From Pseudovirgaria hyperparasitica (lineage: Eukaryota): DNA of 64,000 nucleotides. Shown piece after piece: positions 1 through 12,884 of this stretch. Within the stretch, counting starts at the first letter, position 1. Each line of letters starts with the position of its first letter. The notes under the pieces are model-generated. The model had not been told where the DNA came from, did not search any database, and saw nothing but the letters and a program-made list of their open reading frames with translations. The stretch lies in the NCBI GenBank assembly GCA_010093815.1, contig ML996579.1. One strand, given 5' to 3'. Position numbers and translations under genes: made by a program.

Positions 1-504
1 GGAGGGGTGGTGGTGGTGGTGCTGGTGGTGGTGGGAGTAGGGGGAGACATCCTTTGATTCCGTGATGGTTGGTGCTGTGGTGCTTGGTGCTGTGGTGCTG
101 TGGTGCTGTGGTGCTGTGGGAAGGGGGTTAGGGACTAGGGGGAAAATAGACAGATGGGTGAAGTTGGCGTGTGTTTGATATATATTTATTGTTGGGACAC
201 GTATGGTGTGGTATTGTATGTATGGTATGTATGGTATGGATGTGGATGTGGAGATATGGATGTGTAGATGTGTAGGAAACGGATAGACAAACGGACATGT
301 GAAATGAACGAACAAACGGAATGAACGAACAGACGAAATAAACAAACAAAGAAAGGAACGAACATATGAAATGAGCGAACACACGAAATGAACGAACAAT
401 AAAGCAAACGAAACAAACTATCAAGACACATCATCCCCCTTCCCACCTTCCCCCTTCCCATCTCCTCCCACCATTAAATCCCCCCTCCCATGTCTCTACC
501 CGCT

Positions 505-3500
505 CTACTCAACCCCCCACCTCGCAACCAAATCCGCCAACATATCCACTCCACCCACATTCCCCGGAAACACCACGACGGGCACACCACGATGTCTCAC
601 TCCCTCCTTGCCATCACCCTCCTTGCCATCCCCCTCCCCATCATGTCCCCCCTCCCCATCAGGCCCCCCCTCCCAACACCGCCAAACCGGCACCCCACCC
701 CCAACCTGCCCCACCACAACCGCCCTCCTCATGCCCAGCCCGACCGTCGCAACCCCAGACGCGGTAATCCCCCCTTTAGCAACGACATACCTGGGCCGGA
801 CATGCACGCCCCTCACGACGCGCTCCAACGCAGTGGCAACAGCGCGGTTGATGCGCAGACTCGTCGTGTGCGAGGAGGGTGCGGAGAGTAGGGTGCGGGA
901 TGTCATGACGAGGACGTCGACACCACCACCAGAGGACAGGAGGGTGTTTGCTTGGGAGATTGTGGTTGCGATGAGGGATTCTGCTGCTGTGGAGAAGGCG
1001 GGGGAGGAGGAGGAGGAGGAGAAGGAGGAGGAGGAGCTGGTGTCGTAGACGTGGCTGCTGAGCACGCCGGCGTCGAGTTCGAGGACGGCGAGGCGGGCGC
1101 CGCGACGCTCGCGCAGACGGGCGAGTTGGGCTGTTGTCTTGGGGACGTAGGACCCCGCGACGATGAGCCCGCCGGGCGCAGAGGCGGATGTGGTGTCGAT
1201 GCCGAGGTCTTGCGGCGTTAGGGGCGCGATAGGGGTGATTGCGAGGCGGGCGGAGATGAATGCGGCGGCGGTGCGGTACAGATACCGCTTACCTGTAGCT
1301 TCGGCGTTGAGCAGGCCGGCGGCAAAGACGAACATGTCTGACTCGGCCACGGCGTTGACGAGGATGACGGAGCGGGGCGGGGCGGCGAGGAGGGCGGCGG
1401 TCACGGCGGCAGGACCGCCAGTGCGGAGAGTCTCAATGCTGATGGAGCAGGTGTGGGCGTCGTCGAAGCGGGGACCGCATTTCTCGCGAACGTAGTCTTG
1501 CAGGTTCGAGCTCCGGTAGCCAAAGGAGGCGTCTTGGGCAAAGGGGGTGTGGCTTGCGGGCACGAGGAGCGGGGGCTCGTGGACGTAGTGGATGTTGTTG
1601 ATGGTGAGACGACCGCCCTGGAGAAAAAAGGGAGCGAGGATCCAGGCGTGTGCCGGGCCGAGAACGGATTCGACGGCGTCGGGTTCGGCGGGCATGTGGC
1701 CGCGCAGGGTCGAGTCGCCCCGGAGGACGATGTTAAAGGGGCGTGATGAGGCAGCAGCAGCAGCGGCGGCGACGTTGCGGGTGATTGTAGTAATCAGCGC
1801 AGTGGCCTCGTCCGTGGGCAGGGCGCGCGAGTTGGTGAGGATGAAGAAGCCGGTGGTTCCGGTGCGGAACTCGGACAGGAGGGTCTCATGATCCCAGACG
1901 GTGAGGACGGCAATGTCGTGGCATGTCTGGGTGCCGGTCGGGTCGTCGTCGAGCACGACGAGCACGGGCGCGTCTTTACTTGCAATACGGCGCCGGATCG
2001 TGTCGAGGACATGTTCGGGGTGCGGATACGGGGGTGGCAGGGAGGCGAGGAGGTCGTCGGCTGGCAGCGCCGGATACTCTCTCGGGATGAAGTCAGTGTC
2101 GCCGTCGTCGTCCTTGTTGTCAATTAAAGAACCAGCACTCGCCGCCGCCGACGACACGTTCACGCCGGCCATCTTTTCCCACACACGCACAACACCAGCA
2201 TCGGCGTCGCTTGTCCAGCCGCTGGATGCGCCAAACAGGTACAGCTGGTGGGCGACGGCGGACAGAGGGGCAGAGTAGGAGAGTCGCTTGGCCTCGTCGA
2301 GCACGATGCCGAGGTCCTTGACGAAGATGGCTAGCGCGGAATGCGGGGTCCAGTCGGCGGACAGCATGGCCGGCACTCTGTTCTCGAACATCCAGCTGTG
2401 GCCGGTGGAGTTGCAGATGGTAGCGAACAAGTCTCTCGTGTTGAGCCCGAGCTTGGCTCCGAAGGCCATCGCCTCAGCCGCTGCGGCAATGTGGACGCCG
2501 GCCAGGAGTTGGTTGATGAGCTTGACGGCCGAGGCTGCCCCGGCGCCCCCCTGGACGCGGTAGACGTTCTTGTCGGTGCCGCTCATGGCAGCAATGGCGG
2601 TGTTGGCCTCGGGAAAGGCAGTGTTGTTGCCGGAGCAGATGATGGTCAGGTTGCCGTTGGCGGCACGGGCGACGCCTCCGCTGACGGGCGCGTCGACCAT
2701 GTCCAAGTCTTTGCCGGCGGCAACGAGCCTCTCCTGGAGGCCCTTGGCAAAGGAGGGCGCGACGGTCGACATCAGCATCACGGTCGCACCCTGGGGCAGG
2801 CTCTCGACCGCAGCGCCGGACCCGAAGAGGACATCCTCGACCTGCGCGGCATTCTGGACCATGAGGATGAAGAGTTGAGCGTGCCGGGCAGCGTCTGCAG
2901 GAGCTCCGGCCTCGACGGCCCCTTTTCCGTTTGCCAAGAACTTCTCCAGCGCCGGGCGGTGCAGGTCGTAGCCGTGGACGGGAAGACCGGCGCGGATGAG
3001 GGAGGCGGCCATGCCCTGGCCCATGGTTCCCAGCCCGACAAAGCCGACCTTTGCGAGCTCCTTGGGCGTGGTGGACGGGGTTGGCTCGGCGCTCAGGCTG
3101 ATTCTCCTGCTCTGGTCATGGACCAACGAGGGGGCGCCGGGCAGGAATGTCCTGACGAGCCCGGCGTCGTCGTCTCGGCCAAAGCCCTGGGCCAGACCAG
3201 CGATGCAGAGTTGCTCGGCCGCAGAGGCCAGGGGCACGGGGAAGTTGTGCCGGCGGGCGGCAGCAGTGACGGCGCGCTGTAATCAGGCATCAGCAGGCAG
3301 GCAGGCCAATCGTTGCAAGCACAGCATGCGTCTCACCATGTCCTCGACGACGGAGTTCAGGGCCGAGAGCGGGGACCAGTGGCCGTCCAGCATCAGCGGC
3401 ACGCGCTTCTCAAACGCAGCGCTATTCCCGGCCGCATGACGCACCACCTCGTACACTTCTCGCGTGTTCAGTCCCGCTCTCGCGGCCAGCGCCATCGCCT

Positions 3501-3645
3501 CGGCCGCAGCGGCAATATGCACGCCTACAAGCAGCTGATTGACGATGAGTGCATCAGAGTGCGTGGGCATGGCATTGCCAGCGGAGACGACGGTTGGATG
3601 ATGATGATGATGTGGTGTTGGTGGTGGTGGTGGTGGTGGTGGCAT
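505..3645 (-). CDS. Fusion protein: 3-hydroxyisobutyrate/6-phosphogluconate dehydrogenase-family domains (LtnD-like) plus DUF1537 four-carbon acid sugar kinase (OtnK-like)
   Basis: Exon 1 3645-3337 (NQLLVGVHIAAAAEAM, an isolated NAD_binding_11-type helical domain). Intron 3336-3277 (GTGAGA...CTGATTACAG) joins in frame to ORF 505..3237. That ORF has VGFVGLGTMG (Rossmann), DAPVSGG, KLINQLLAGVHIAAAAEA, SWMFENR, then kinase motifs VVLDDDPTGTQ, RGDSTLRGH, VVAKGGITA, VFPGNVG. Confidence 0.9.
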
Positions 3646-4926
3646 GATATGGTGTGTGGTGTGTGTGTGTATGTGTGTGTGGTGTGACTTTGATATTGAT
3701 CGAGGTGGATCGGGCAATCTGGGGTTGGATGGTGGCCCAGGAGTCTGTGAATGTAAACAAAGAAAAAAAAAAAAGACGATTGAGCAGACGCCAACGAGTG
3801 CAGCTTATAAGGTTTTTTTTTTTTCCTTTCTTCTTTTCCTCTACGCAGGCAGAGAGCGGATGGGATCGGATTCGATAGCTCGTTGTCGTACCGGCAAGTA
3901 TCAGCAGGTTGCAGGCGTTGTCCCCCAAGTACCCTCCTCAGGATGTCCACGGATAGGATGGTGGACAGCCAAGAGCAGATGGGATGGGGCCAAGAGATGG
4001 ACGAGGGAGTAAAACAAGCAGGATGTTTGGTATAGTGGTACGATGGAGAGTTCCCTGGCCAGACGCAGGCTGCCGGTCAATCACTATCACACAGATAGGC
4101 CAGCCCCGACGAGCTTGGAAGGGCAGTTTCAAGAGTGTATATACTAACTAGACCCAAGACAGGCCGGCAGATAAGGGGCTAGATGAGTGGTTCGCAGGGA
4201 GGTGGTATGTTGATATAGGTGCGGGTGTGTAGTAGAGGGTGTATGTATATATAGAGAGAGCTGGAGCTGAGGAGTAGTAGTGGAGGAGTAGTGGAGTAGT
4301 AGTAGTAGTATAGTAGGAGTATAGGTCTGAGGCAGTGAGGCAATAAGGCAGTACCTAATCAATGGCGTCCGTGCGTGTGCCCCAGTGAGCGTCATCAAGC
4401 TCCATCGTGCCTGCCCAAGTGGCGATATAACACAATACAAACACACAAGAAATGCGCACTAAAAGAGGAAGGGGCGATGAATTGAGATGAGATGAGATAA
4501 GATGAGATGTCGTTGCCGGATGCGGGTGGGGCAGCTAAAAGTGGGGCTGGCGGGGTACCTGCTGCATTCTACTACATCGTGCCTTCCCTGGCAAGTATGT
4601 GTTGAGTGTCAAAGGTTCCTGCTAATTACATGTGGGACAGGACGTGCTTGGTGTCCGTGCACGTTGAACAGTATCAACAAGTGCGGACAGAATACCGCGA
4701 TTTGCCAAGGCCGCGGAACTGTCTGCGCCTGAGTCTGAGTCTGAGTCTGAGCGGGTGCGGGAGTCGGTAGTGGTGGAGGTGGAGGTGGTGGTAGGAAGGG
4801 GACGTGCGGAGATGTGCGGCGGCCAGGATGAGAGCTGCGTAGTTGCTTAGGCGGGGGAGGGCGCGGCAGTGTACACGGCAGACGAACAGGCACAGTAGCT
4901 GTAGTAGGAGTGGTAATAGTAGTAAT

Positions 4927-4928
<2 letters not shown>

Positions 4929-4960
<32 letters not shown>

Positions 4961-4978
4961 CGTAGTCGTAGTCGTAGT
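4929..4978. repeat. (AGT)n/(AGTCGT)n microsatellite
   Basis: Visible tandem trinucleotide run in the divergent intergenic region; a second (AGT)n run lies at about 5382-5421. Confidence 0.9.
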
Positions 4979-5382
4979 AATTGTCACTCCCCAACTGCCG
5001 CCTGCCAATCCCCGCAAACATGATAGTCAGGCCACACACACAATCTTCAAGGAGCGTCAATTATTCTCGTCATTATTAATATCCTTTCCCTCTTACTACT
5101 ACTACTACTAAGCTATAAGGTGGTGGCCCCCCCCGCCCCCGCTGTCTCTCGGCCTTCCCTCCGCCGCCGCCCCGTTGTCTTGTTTCGTCTCTTCTTTTCT
5201 TTTCTTCTCGTTCGTCGTTGTTCGTTGTTCGTTGCGCGCCCGCCCTGGACTTCGCACCGCTTTTGCTTGCTTGTGCTCTCTCTCCCTCCCTCCGTCGTCG
5301 CTCGCCTCTCTCTGCACGACATCGCATATCGCATCTCGCATATCGCCCATTATAGTACACGGCCACTATAAGCTCGCTCCAC

Positions 5383-5422
<40 letters not shown>

Positions 5423-5502
5423 CCCACACTTCACTGCTACTACTACTGCTGCTTGCTGTTGTGCACCCTGCCCACCCGGTCCTGGACCTGGACCTGGACG
5501 CC

Positions 5503-8500
5503 ATGAAGCGTTCATACTCCGATACCCAGGACGCTGCTCCTGGTCCTGGACATGCTGCTACTGCGACGGCCAGTCCTGGGGGCGGCAACAATAACGTCAA
5601 CGCCAACAACAATCCCATCATCGCCTCTCCCATCCATCATCCCGGGAATCTCCTCGGGAATCATCATCATCACATCATCCATCATCAGTCTCCCGTCCGC
5701 GGCCATGCTCAATCTCATCATCATCATCATCACCCATACCCGCAACAGCATCAACAACAACAACAACAGCAACAACAACAACAACAGCAACAACAACAAC
5801 AACAACATACCTCGGCGCCTGCGACGACTGCTGCACCGCCGTCGTATGCCCGTGCAAAGACGGCCAGTGTGACGCCCAGTAGTGCAAGCGGTGGTGCTGG
5901 TGGTGGTGCTGGTGCTGCGGCTTCAGGGGGTAATAACAGTGGGAACACCACCACCACCTCTGCCGCTACTACTACCACTACTCCTACCACCACTACCACT
6001 CCTACTAATCCTCATCCCGGTCTTCGTGCCGGTCTTCACGGCGCCGTCGGCACTCCTGCCGCTGCTAATCCGGGCGGGAATCCTGCCGGCCAAGACCACG
6101 TTCCGAAGATCTCGAGGAAGATCCGTGCTTGTGAGTCTTTGTTGTCTCGTCTGGTTTTTTTTTTTTGCTTTCCCGCCCAGACGTCTGGGCTTCTCTCCTT
6201 GTGTGTGTATGTGTGTGTTGTCGTGACATCTCCGTCCCCTACTTGTGCTTTCTTCTTCTCATCATGCTCCACTTCCGTGTACTTCCCTCTCCCCGTTCTT
6301 CGCTCTGATCCCCCCCTGCGCAGGCAAAGAGTGCCAGTCGCGCAAGGTGCGCTGTGATGGCCAGGGTTCAAACAAAAAGTGCAATCGCTGCCAACGCCTC
6401 GGCCTGCAGTGCGTCGTAAACAAGAGCTTGCAGACTCTGCTCGAGGACGAATCAGGGTAAGCACATCTCACACCCTCTCATCACCTCCCCTCACCTCCAC
6501 AACGCCCACTAAGCCATACACCAGATGGAAGAACTCCATGGAGGACAAGCTCGAGCAGCTTCAGGCCGCCGTCACCGAAGTCCTGCGCCGCTCCAACTTG
6601 CCCCCGTTGCATTCCTTTGCCGCCGTCGCCGCCGCCGCCGTTGCCGACCCCGAGGACTCGTACGCCCCTCCTCCCCCTGACCGTCCGGACATGAAGCATG
6701 CCAGATCCATCTCAGACCTCACCGCCGCCGCCGCCAGCCCGCACGACCACGTCTCGCCGCGCAACCAGCGCCAGGTCCCAGGCATGGCCATGACGCGCGA
6801 AAACTCCCCCAACCCGCGCACCCGCGACCAAGACGAAAACACCACCCTCGCCTCCGCCCCCATGGCCAGCCTGTTCGAGGTCACGAAGCTGCGGAACCTG
6901 CGCAACAACCCGACCAGGTCGACGTCCGGCCCGAACCGCGACTGGCTGGAAGACGACTTCATCTCCAACGGCAAGGTCGCCGAGTCCGAGGCCGCCGAGC
7001 TGTTTCGCTACTTTGACACCTCGCTCAACCACTATCTCTGGGGCGGCATTGCCCTCGTGCACGACAATCTGACGGCGGTGCGGAGGTCGTCGGGCGTTCT
7101 GGCGGCCGCCATCCTGGCCGTCACGGCGCTGCATATCCCGGGCAAGGAGGGGACCTTTGACATTTGCTATGCCGAGTTTCTCGGCCTTGTCGCCGACTCC
7201 ATGTTCGACCGCTACCACAGTCTGGACGATGTGAGGGGGTTCTGCATAGGGGCTTTCTGGTTGAGTGATGTATCCTGTAAGTATCCTACCTGCACTCGCC
7301 CTTCATCTACATGTCCGTCTGACTTGCTGCTCCCAGGGAAGCTGTCCGGCCACGCCGTCCGCATCGCCACCGAGCTCCTCCTCCACCAGTCCTTCTCGCG
7401 CGTCATGAACGGCGACCAGTCGCACGTCGAGCGCGCCCGGCTCTGGTACTTTCTCTACGTGTGCGACCACCACTTCAGCATCGCGTACGGCCGCCCGCCC
7501 GTCATCCGCGAAGACGTTGCCATCACAAACCACGAGCACTTTCTCCGCCTGCCCGGCATCACCGCGGCTGACCACCGGCTGCACAGCCAGGTCGGCGTGT
7601 TCATCATCCTGAGCAAGATCTACGACGCCTTTGTGCAGGACCACGGCGCCGCCCTGGACGACGAGCAGTTTAAGCGGTTAAGGCAGTTCAACTACGACCT
7701 CGACGTGTGGCGGCATCGCTGGGAGGCCCGGCTCGGTATGCCCCCCTTTTTCCTCTCTCCCTACCCGACCACACACTGACAACCACCTCAACAAACAGCC
7801 CCAAACCCCTACATCTCAAACTACCCAGCCAAGGGCGTCCACCTGCACTACCACTTCGCCCGCCTCCAACTCAACTCCCTCTCCCTCCGCGCCATCACCC
7901 CCTCCCCAACCACCCCGCTCTCCCCCGACCGCCGCGACTCCGCAACAACAGCAATCACCTCCGCCATCGCCATCCTCGACATCGTCCTCCACGAACCCGA
8001 TATCCGCAAATCCGTCGTCGGCGTCCCCCTCTACCTCCACACCAACATCACCTTTGCCGCCGTCTTCCTGCTGAAAGTCCAGCTCGAGTGGCGTCGTGAG
8101 GGCCTCGTCGTCGTGCATGACCAGGCCGTGCTTGTCCGGCTGGTAGGCGATATCGTGAGGTTGCTCGCTGAGGCGCGCGCGAGTGAGCGCCATTTGACGT
8201 ATCATATTGCGCGTGGGCTGAGGCGGATGTTGGAAAGGTTTGTGGAGAGGTGGGAGGGTGGTGCGGCGCTGGATTCAGATGGTGGTGCTGCTGTGAATCC
8301 AGGGAGTAACACAGCTTCCACACCTACACCTACCCAAACCTCATCCTCAACACTCCACCACACCCTCCACTCCCAACCCTCCACCTCTACCAACAATCCC
8401 CCCGTCCACCCCCTCACCACAAACCCCTCAAACAACACCAATCCATCCAACACAAACAACAACACAAACACAACAACACTCCAACAACAACAACAACAAC

Positions 8501-8652
8501 AACCCAGCTGGCAAGGCCAACACCTCGGCGGCCAAATCCCAATGAACCCAGGCGACATGATGTTTGCTGACGGCATGAACTTTTTCAGTCTCGATGCCGA
8601 GTATTTTCCCATGGGCATTTATGATGCGCTTGCGGGGCAGATTCAGGGGTGA
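5503..8652 (+). CDS. Zn(II)2Cys6 fungal transcription factor with fungal TF middle-homology region
   Basis: Splicing intron 6131-6323 restores ACKECQSRKVRCDGQGSNKKCNRCQRLGLQC. Further introns at 6457-6524, 7277-7336 and 7736-7798. Contains ERARLWYFLYVCDHHFSIAYGRP. N-terminal poly-Q/poly-H tracts; stop at 8650-8652. Confidence 0.92.
5745..5805 (+). repeat. (CAA/CAG)n poly-glutamine coding repeat
   Basis: Run of CAA/CAG codons in TF exon 1. Confidence 0.9.
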
Positions 8653-8679
8653 CTTTTGGGGGTTGGGGGTAGGGGGTGA

Positions 8680-8749
8680 NNNNNNNNNNNNNNNNNNNNN
8701 NNNNNNNNNNNNNNNNNNNNNNNNNNNNNNNNNNNNNNNNNNNNNNNNN
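8680..8749. other. Assembly gap (70 N)
   Basis: Run of N immediately after a G-rich tract. Confidence 1.
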
Positions 8750-9044
8750 GATGTAGGATAGTCTTGTTGTACACTGTTGTCGTAGAAAGAAAGGTTAGAC
8801 TTATTTGACACTGTGGGTTTTGTGTGGCATGTTTTGTTGTAATTTATTTATTTGTTTATTGATTTTGGCCTGGTTTGGCCTGTTGTTGACCTGTTTGGCT
8901 ATCAATTGCTGCTGCCTAGGCCTGTCTTCTTCTTCTTCTTCTTCTTCTTCTTCTTTTTCTTCTTCTCCCTCGGGCCTTGTACGTGATCCGTATGAGGATT
9001 TTGGTTCTTGTGTTTTTCTCTTCCTTGCGGATACTATGTATACA

Positions 9045-9046
<2 letters not shown>

Positions 9047-9099
<53 letters not shown>
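9047..9099. repeat. (CA)n microsatellite
   Basis: Long CA dinucleotide run; a (TTC)n run lies nearby at about 8926-8964. Confidence 0.95.
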
Positions 9100-9498
9100 G
9101 CCCCTAGACCACCCACTCATACACACATACCCTACCCCGCCATCCCCTCACTATACACACCCCCTGATTTGAAAAGCAGGAAGCAAGAAGTGAGACGTAA
9201 GAAGTAAAAAGTAAGAAGTAAGAATCCAAGAATCCATATACGACAAAAACCCACCACAACCACCAATTTCATCATCATAATCATCATCATCGCTCATCAG
9301 ACATATATACATACCGCGCTCCTTAACACATTAGTCATGCATGCATGCATGGCCCTTAAAAACCCACCCCTTCTTGACAAAGAAGATACGCAAGTCCACC
9401 CTATCCTACCCTACCTCATAAATCCCAATACCAAACCAGCAGAATCCACGAAATCCCAACCTCCCCAACGCCATCAAGACATCACTAAACCCCACAAT

Positions 9499-11418
9499 CT
9501 ACCCGTCTTGCCCATGCCCATGCCCGCGCCCATGCCTCTTATTCCGCGGCTTCTTGAACGGCCCGGCTTGCTGCTGCGAGACAGATGTCTCTGGCGTGCT
9601 GTGCTTTCGCCCACCCGCAACCCTAGCCTCAGACGGGGTGGCAGCCTCTCCCTGTACATCCTCCTCGTCCTCGGAAAGGTACCCAGTTGACGAGCGCTGC
9701 GCAAGTGAAGAGCTGGCAAAGTCCCGCGAGAGGCCGGAGGTTGCGCCGGCGCTGGCGTCGGGGGATTGGATGTCTCCGACCTGCGAGAGCGCAAAGCTCA
9801 CGCCGGCGGGTATCTTGTCAATGACCGAGCACAGGGCCTTGGAGTGGTCTGGCATCCATACGTCGTATATGTTCTTGACGAACTTGTAGGCTGTCCACTT
9901 CTCTCTGCCATCTAGTTCCGTGAAATCGAATGCTCGGATTCGATAGCGGTAGTATAACGTCTTGGTTTTTTCAATCACGGGATAGTGCCCGTAGATACGT
10001 ACGCTTTGATGGTCGTGCGAAATAGAAAAGGCCAGGATCTGCCGGTGAAGTTCCTTCTCACGGCCCACTAGTCGGAATAAGTCGACCACGCCGCGAAGGG
10101 CTAGTGTCATGCTATGAGCGTTCTGACGGTCGGCAACGTCAAGTGCTGCAGCACCACACTTAACCTCACACGTTAGGAACGGAAGGTACATATAGAACGT
10201 GCCCATGAACACAGACGTGTCAGTGAGATCGCCTATAAACGGGGCTAGCTTCGCAAGTCGCTCTTCTGTAAACGCTAACCGACTAAAACCAACTGCAAAG
10301 TCCGGCCGGGGGCAGGACTTTATTAGTGGTATCGAGTTGGTCCAGCCTTCACTGACGCTCTCAGTCAGTGGGCTTCTATAGCGATTCGTCCCTCGAGTCT
10401 TGGAACGTCGAGGCGACGGTACAATCAGCTTGGCGATGTCGCGCACGACCTTGGCTTCATTTCGATTTCTAATCTCGTCGCAAGTATCTTTGAAAATGTC
10501 GTCATTGAATAGGCTGTCCTCCGGCACGGACTGCTCTCCATCAAGGAGTCGACGACAGACATTGATGCTCGCTTCTGTCGGGCCTTCTGGGTCCTCTATT
10601 AAGAAGCTCCCTTTTGTGGCAAGAATGGACTCATAGCGAACGTCAGTATATTGGTTACTCTTATCGTCCTGTGACCTCTGGTCACTTGGAGTCGAAGCTT
10701 TAGTTGAAGAGCCAGCGTCCGACTTCTTCTGTAGCAGCGATGACTTTGATATTTTCTTCCTTGCAAGCATCGGTCGCATGTGCTCTAAGCCGGCGTTCCC
10801 CTGTGGACTGCCAGCCGGTTCCATGTTTGGTATGTAGACCTCCCGCAACCAGCGTTCCTCCTCAATGTCTCGCGAGAAGAAAGTGCGTGTCTCGTCGTTG
10901 ATTTGAAACAGCTCTGCTGGCCAGCGCCCTTCTTTTATCCAAAAGTCGATTGGATCTGCCTCTTGCAAACTTTCGGTGTCCTCCTTGGGTGTCTTAACCT
11001 CTTTCTCCAGTTGATGTGGGGCCTGTTCCTGTCTTTTCTGTGCTCTTTTTGTCACTGTTCCCTCTTCGTCGATGCACTTTCGTTTGACAGTAGGACTTCG
11101 TGGCGGGGACCGAGGCTGAGTGCGTTCATAGTTAGCGGTGTCTGCAAAGGTGGAAAGCTCAATAGACCTGCGACTCGTCTGCAGAACGTAGAGGAGACTT
11201 GGACTTGGGAGCCTCCAAGCTTGTCCTAGCAGCCTGCTCCTTCAACCGACCACTTTTACGATTTACAGGCGTCGACTTCTTTTGGATACGACTCTGAGAC
11301 TTCCCTGTCTACAGTTAGTAAGGATGAAAAGTTGATAGCAGGGAGATCTCGAACCTTGCAAGGATGAGTCTGCGTGAATAGTATGGCGCTGAGAACGTCG
11401 TGCTCGTAATTTGGCCAT
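9499..11418 (-). CDS. Fungal uncharacterised protein with PD-(D/E)xK nuclease-like core (probably DUF7924-type family)
   Basis: ORF 9499..11055 has PRPDFAVGF...LPFLTCEVK...ADRQNAHS...FSISHDH..VRIYGHY. The proposed 5' extension runs from ATG 11418 via introns 11354-11305 and about 11167-11116 (GT...CTAAC...AG). The family name is from memory. Confidence 0.75.
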
Positions 11419-11670
11419 TTTGAATGTGGATGGGACTTTATATGATGAGAAGGCGATGATACGAGGACAGAGCGATACGCGGGACAGTCGACGTGGCTAA
11501 CGCGCCTGCTCTTTAGAGGTGGATCTATTGGCGGAGGCTAGGCCTAGACAGGCAGGATAAGATCCGACGTTTCAGACGCGAACCATTGTTCCCAATTCAT
11601 CCATGCACAGATCCTCGCCGCCAAACGCCCTCCATCGAACACTTTCTCCACTCTCGCACCAAGTCAATGC

Positions 11671-11787
11671 AGCCGCCCAGGAAACGACTCGCTCGCAGTA
11701 CATGAATATAGCCGCTCGGCAAACGAGTCGCTCACATCACATGAATACAGCCGCCGAGAGCACAACCCACTCGCAATTCCCAAACAC
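11671..11787 (+). repeat. Three imperfect 39-bp tandem repeats inside small ORF 11603..11947
   Basis: Units start at 11671, 11710 and 11749 (agccgc...tcgc/cac...aatac); they translate to 13-aa repeats AAQETTRSQYMNI / AARQTSRSHHMNT / AAESTTHSQFPNT. Confidence 0.75.
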
Positions 11788-12288
11788 ATACAGGGGGAGT
11801 CGGGCATTCAGTCCTCCACTCCCAGCCTATCATGTCTCGAATGTATCTTCTTCCACGACTACAGACCGTCACCCAAGTGGCCATATTCGACAACAAAGCC
11901 CCCCTAGCAGTGCAGCTTCAACCCCACCCAAACCCCGCACTACCTAGGTATGATTAGACTGCCCGGGAATGGCAGACAAACAAACAGATATACAGCCCAA
12001 CAACCCCTTCCCCCTTCACAAAAGTCAAAACACACTCATTCTCTGTTAACCATCCATAATCCCCTATCCCACCAGCCCCTGGGCTCCAAAACACACCTTT
12101 CCAGCGCCTAAAATTAGTAGGCAACGGGCAATAACACACACACACTGCCAAGTATATCTACGTCATATCCAGTATCTAGCTAGAAGCGTAGACGGGTCAG
12201 TCTGAGAACTACATATAACTACGCCCTATCTCTCCCCCTGTCTCTCCCCCTGTCACTCCGGCTCTCCGGCGCTCTCTCTCTCCCTGTC

Positions 12289-12310
12289 CATATATATATA
12301 TATATATATA
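12289..12310. repeat. (TA)n microsatellite
   Basis: Visible dinucleotide run. Confidence 0.9.
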
Positions 12311-12884
12311 AGCATTGACAAAGCGCTATCTATCTATACCTCTCCCTTCCCCCCCTAAGCCTCGTAGCAAAAGACGGGATATGGGATGTGCACTCGTTAA
12401 TTAGCATTGCGCCTCTGCGTATATATGTATGTACTTGTCTAATAGTAGGAAGAAAGCCTGGTATCAAGCTTAGCGGTGGATTCCGCTGTGTTTGACTGCT
12501 CATATGGTGCTTGTTTAGGATGTGGATTGGTAGATGAATGGGATTCTAGGTTGTGGAGGAAGTGAGCAAGTGAGCAACACCCTGCTAGGTAAGCTATTGA
12601 AGATAAGTTAGTAATGTGTTGGTGGTGATGGAGTTGTGGCTCATGCGTTGCGTTGCGGTATGATATATTACCTTGTGTGTATATCTAGATTATGTATACC
12701 CGCTGGTGTAGGTATAGTCGCCGTGTATATTACTGCATTACCATATACCCACAGTACCACATATCCGCATAACCGCAGTCTGCGCGATCCGAAGCCAGAC
12801 ACAAGGCCAACAAGCCAGCCCAGCCACCAACAATGCAAACGCTGCCAAAGAATACCCATCAAACCCCCGCATCCCATCGTCCCA

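Noticed and set aside
128..461. ORFs within simple-repeat DNA (also 3313-5633 and 8801-9207)
   Set aside because: Low-complexity translations of microsatellites with no domain signal.
2341..3282. Long antisense ORFs over GC-rich genes (also 490-2878, 6481-7644, 62287-62859)
   Set aside because: Shadow ORFs caused by GC-rich codon bias on the real coding strand.
11671..11787. CRISPR-like array
   Set aside because: Contiguous degenerate tandem units without unique spacers, in a eukaryotic context.
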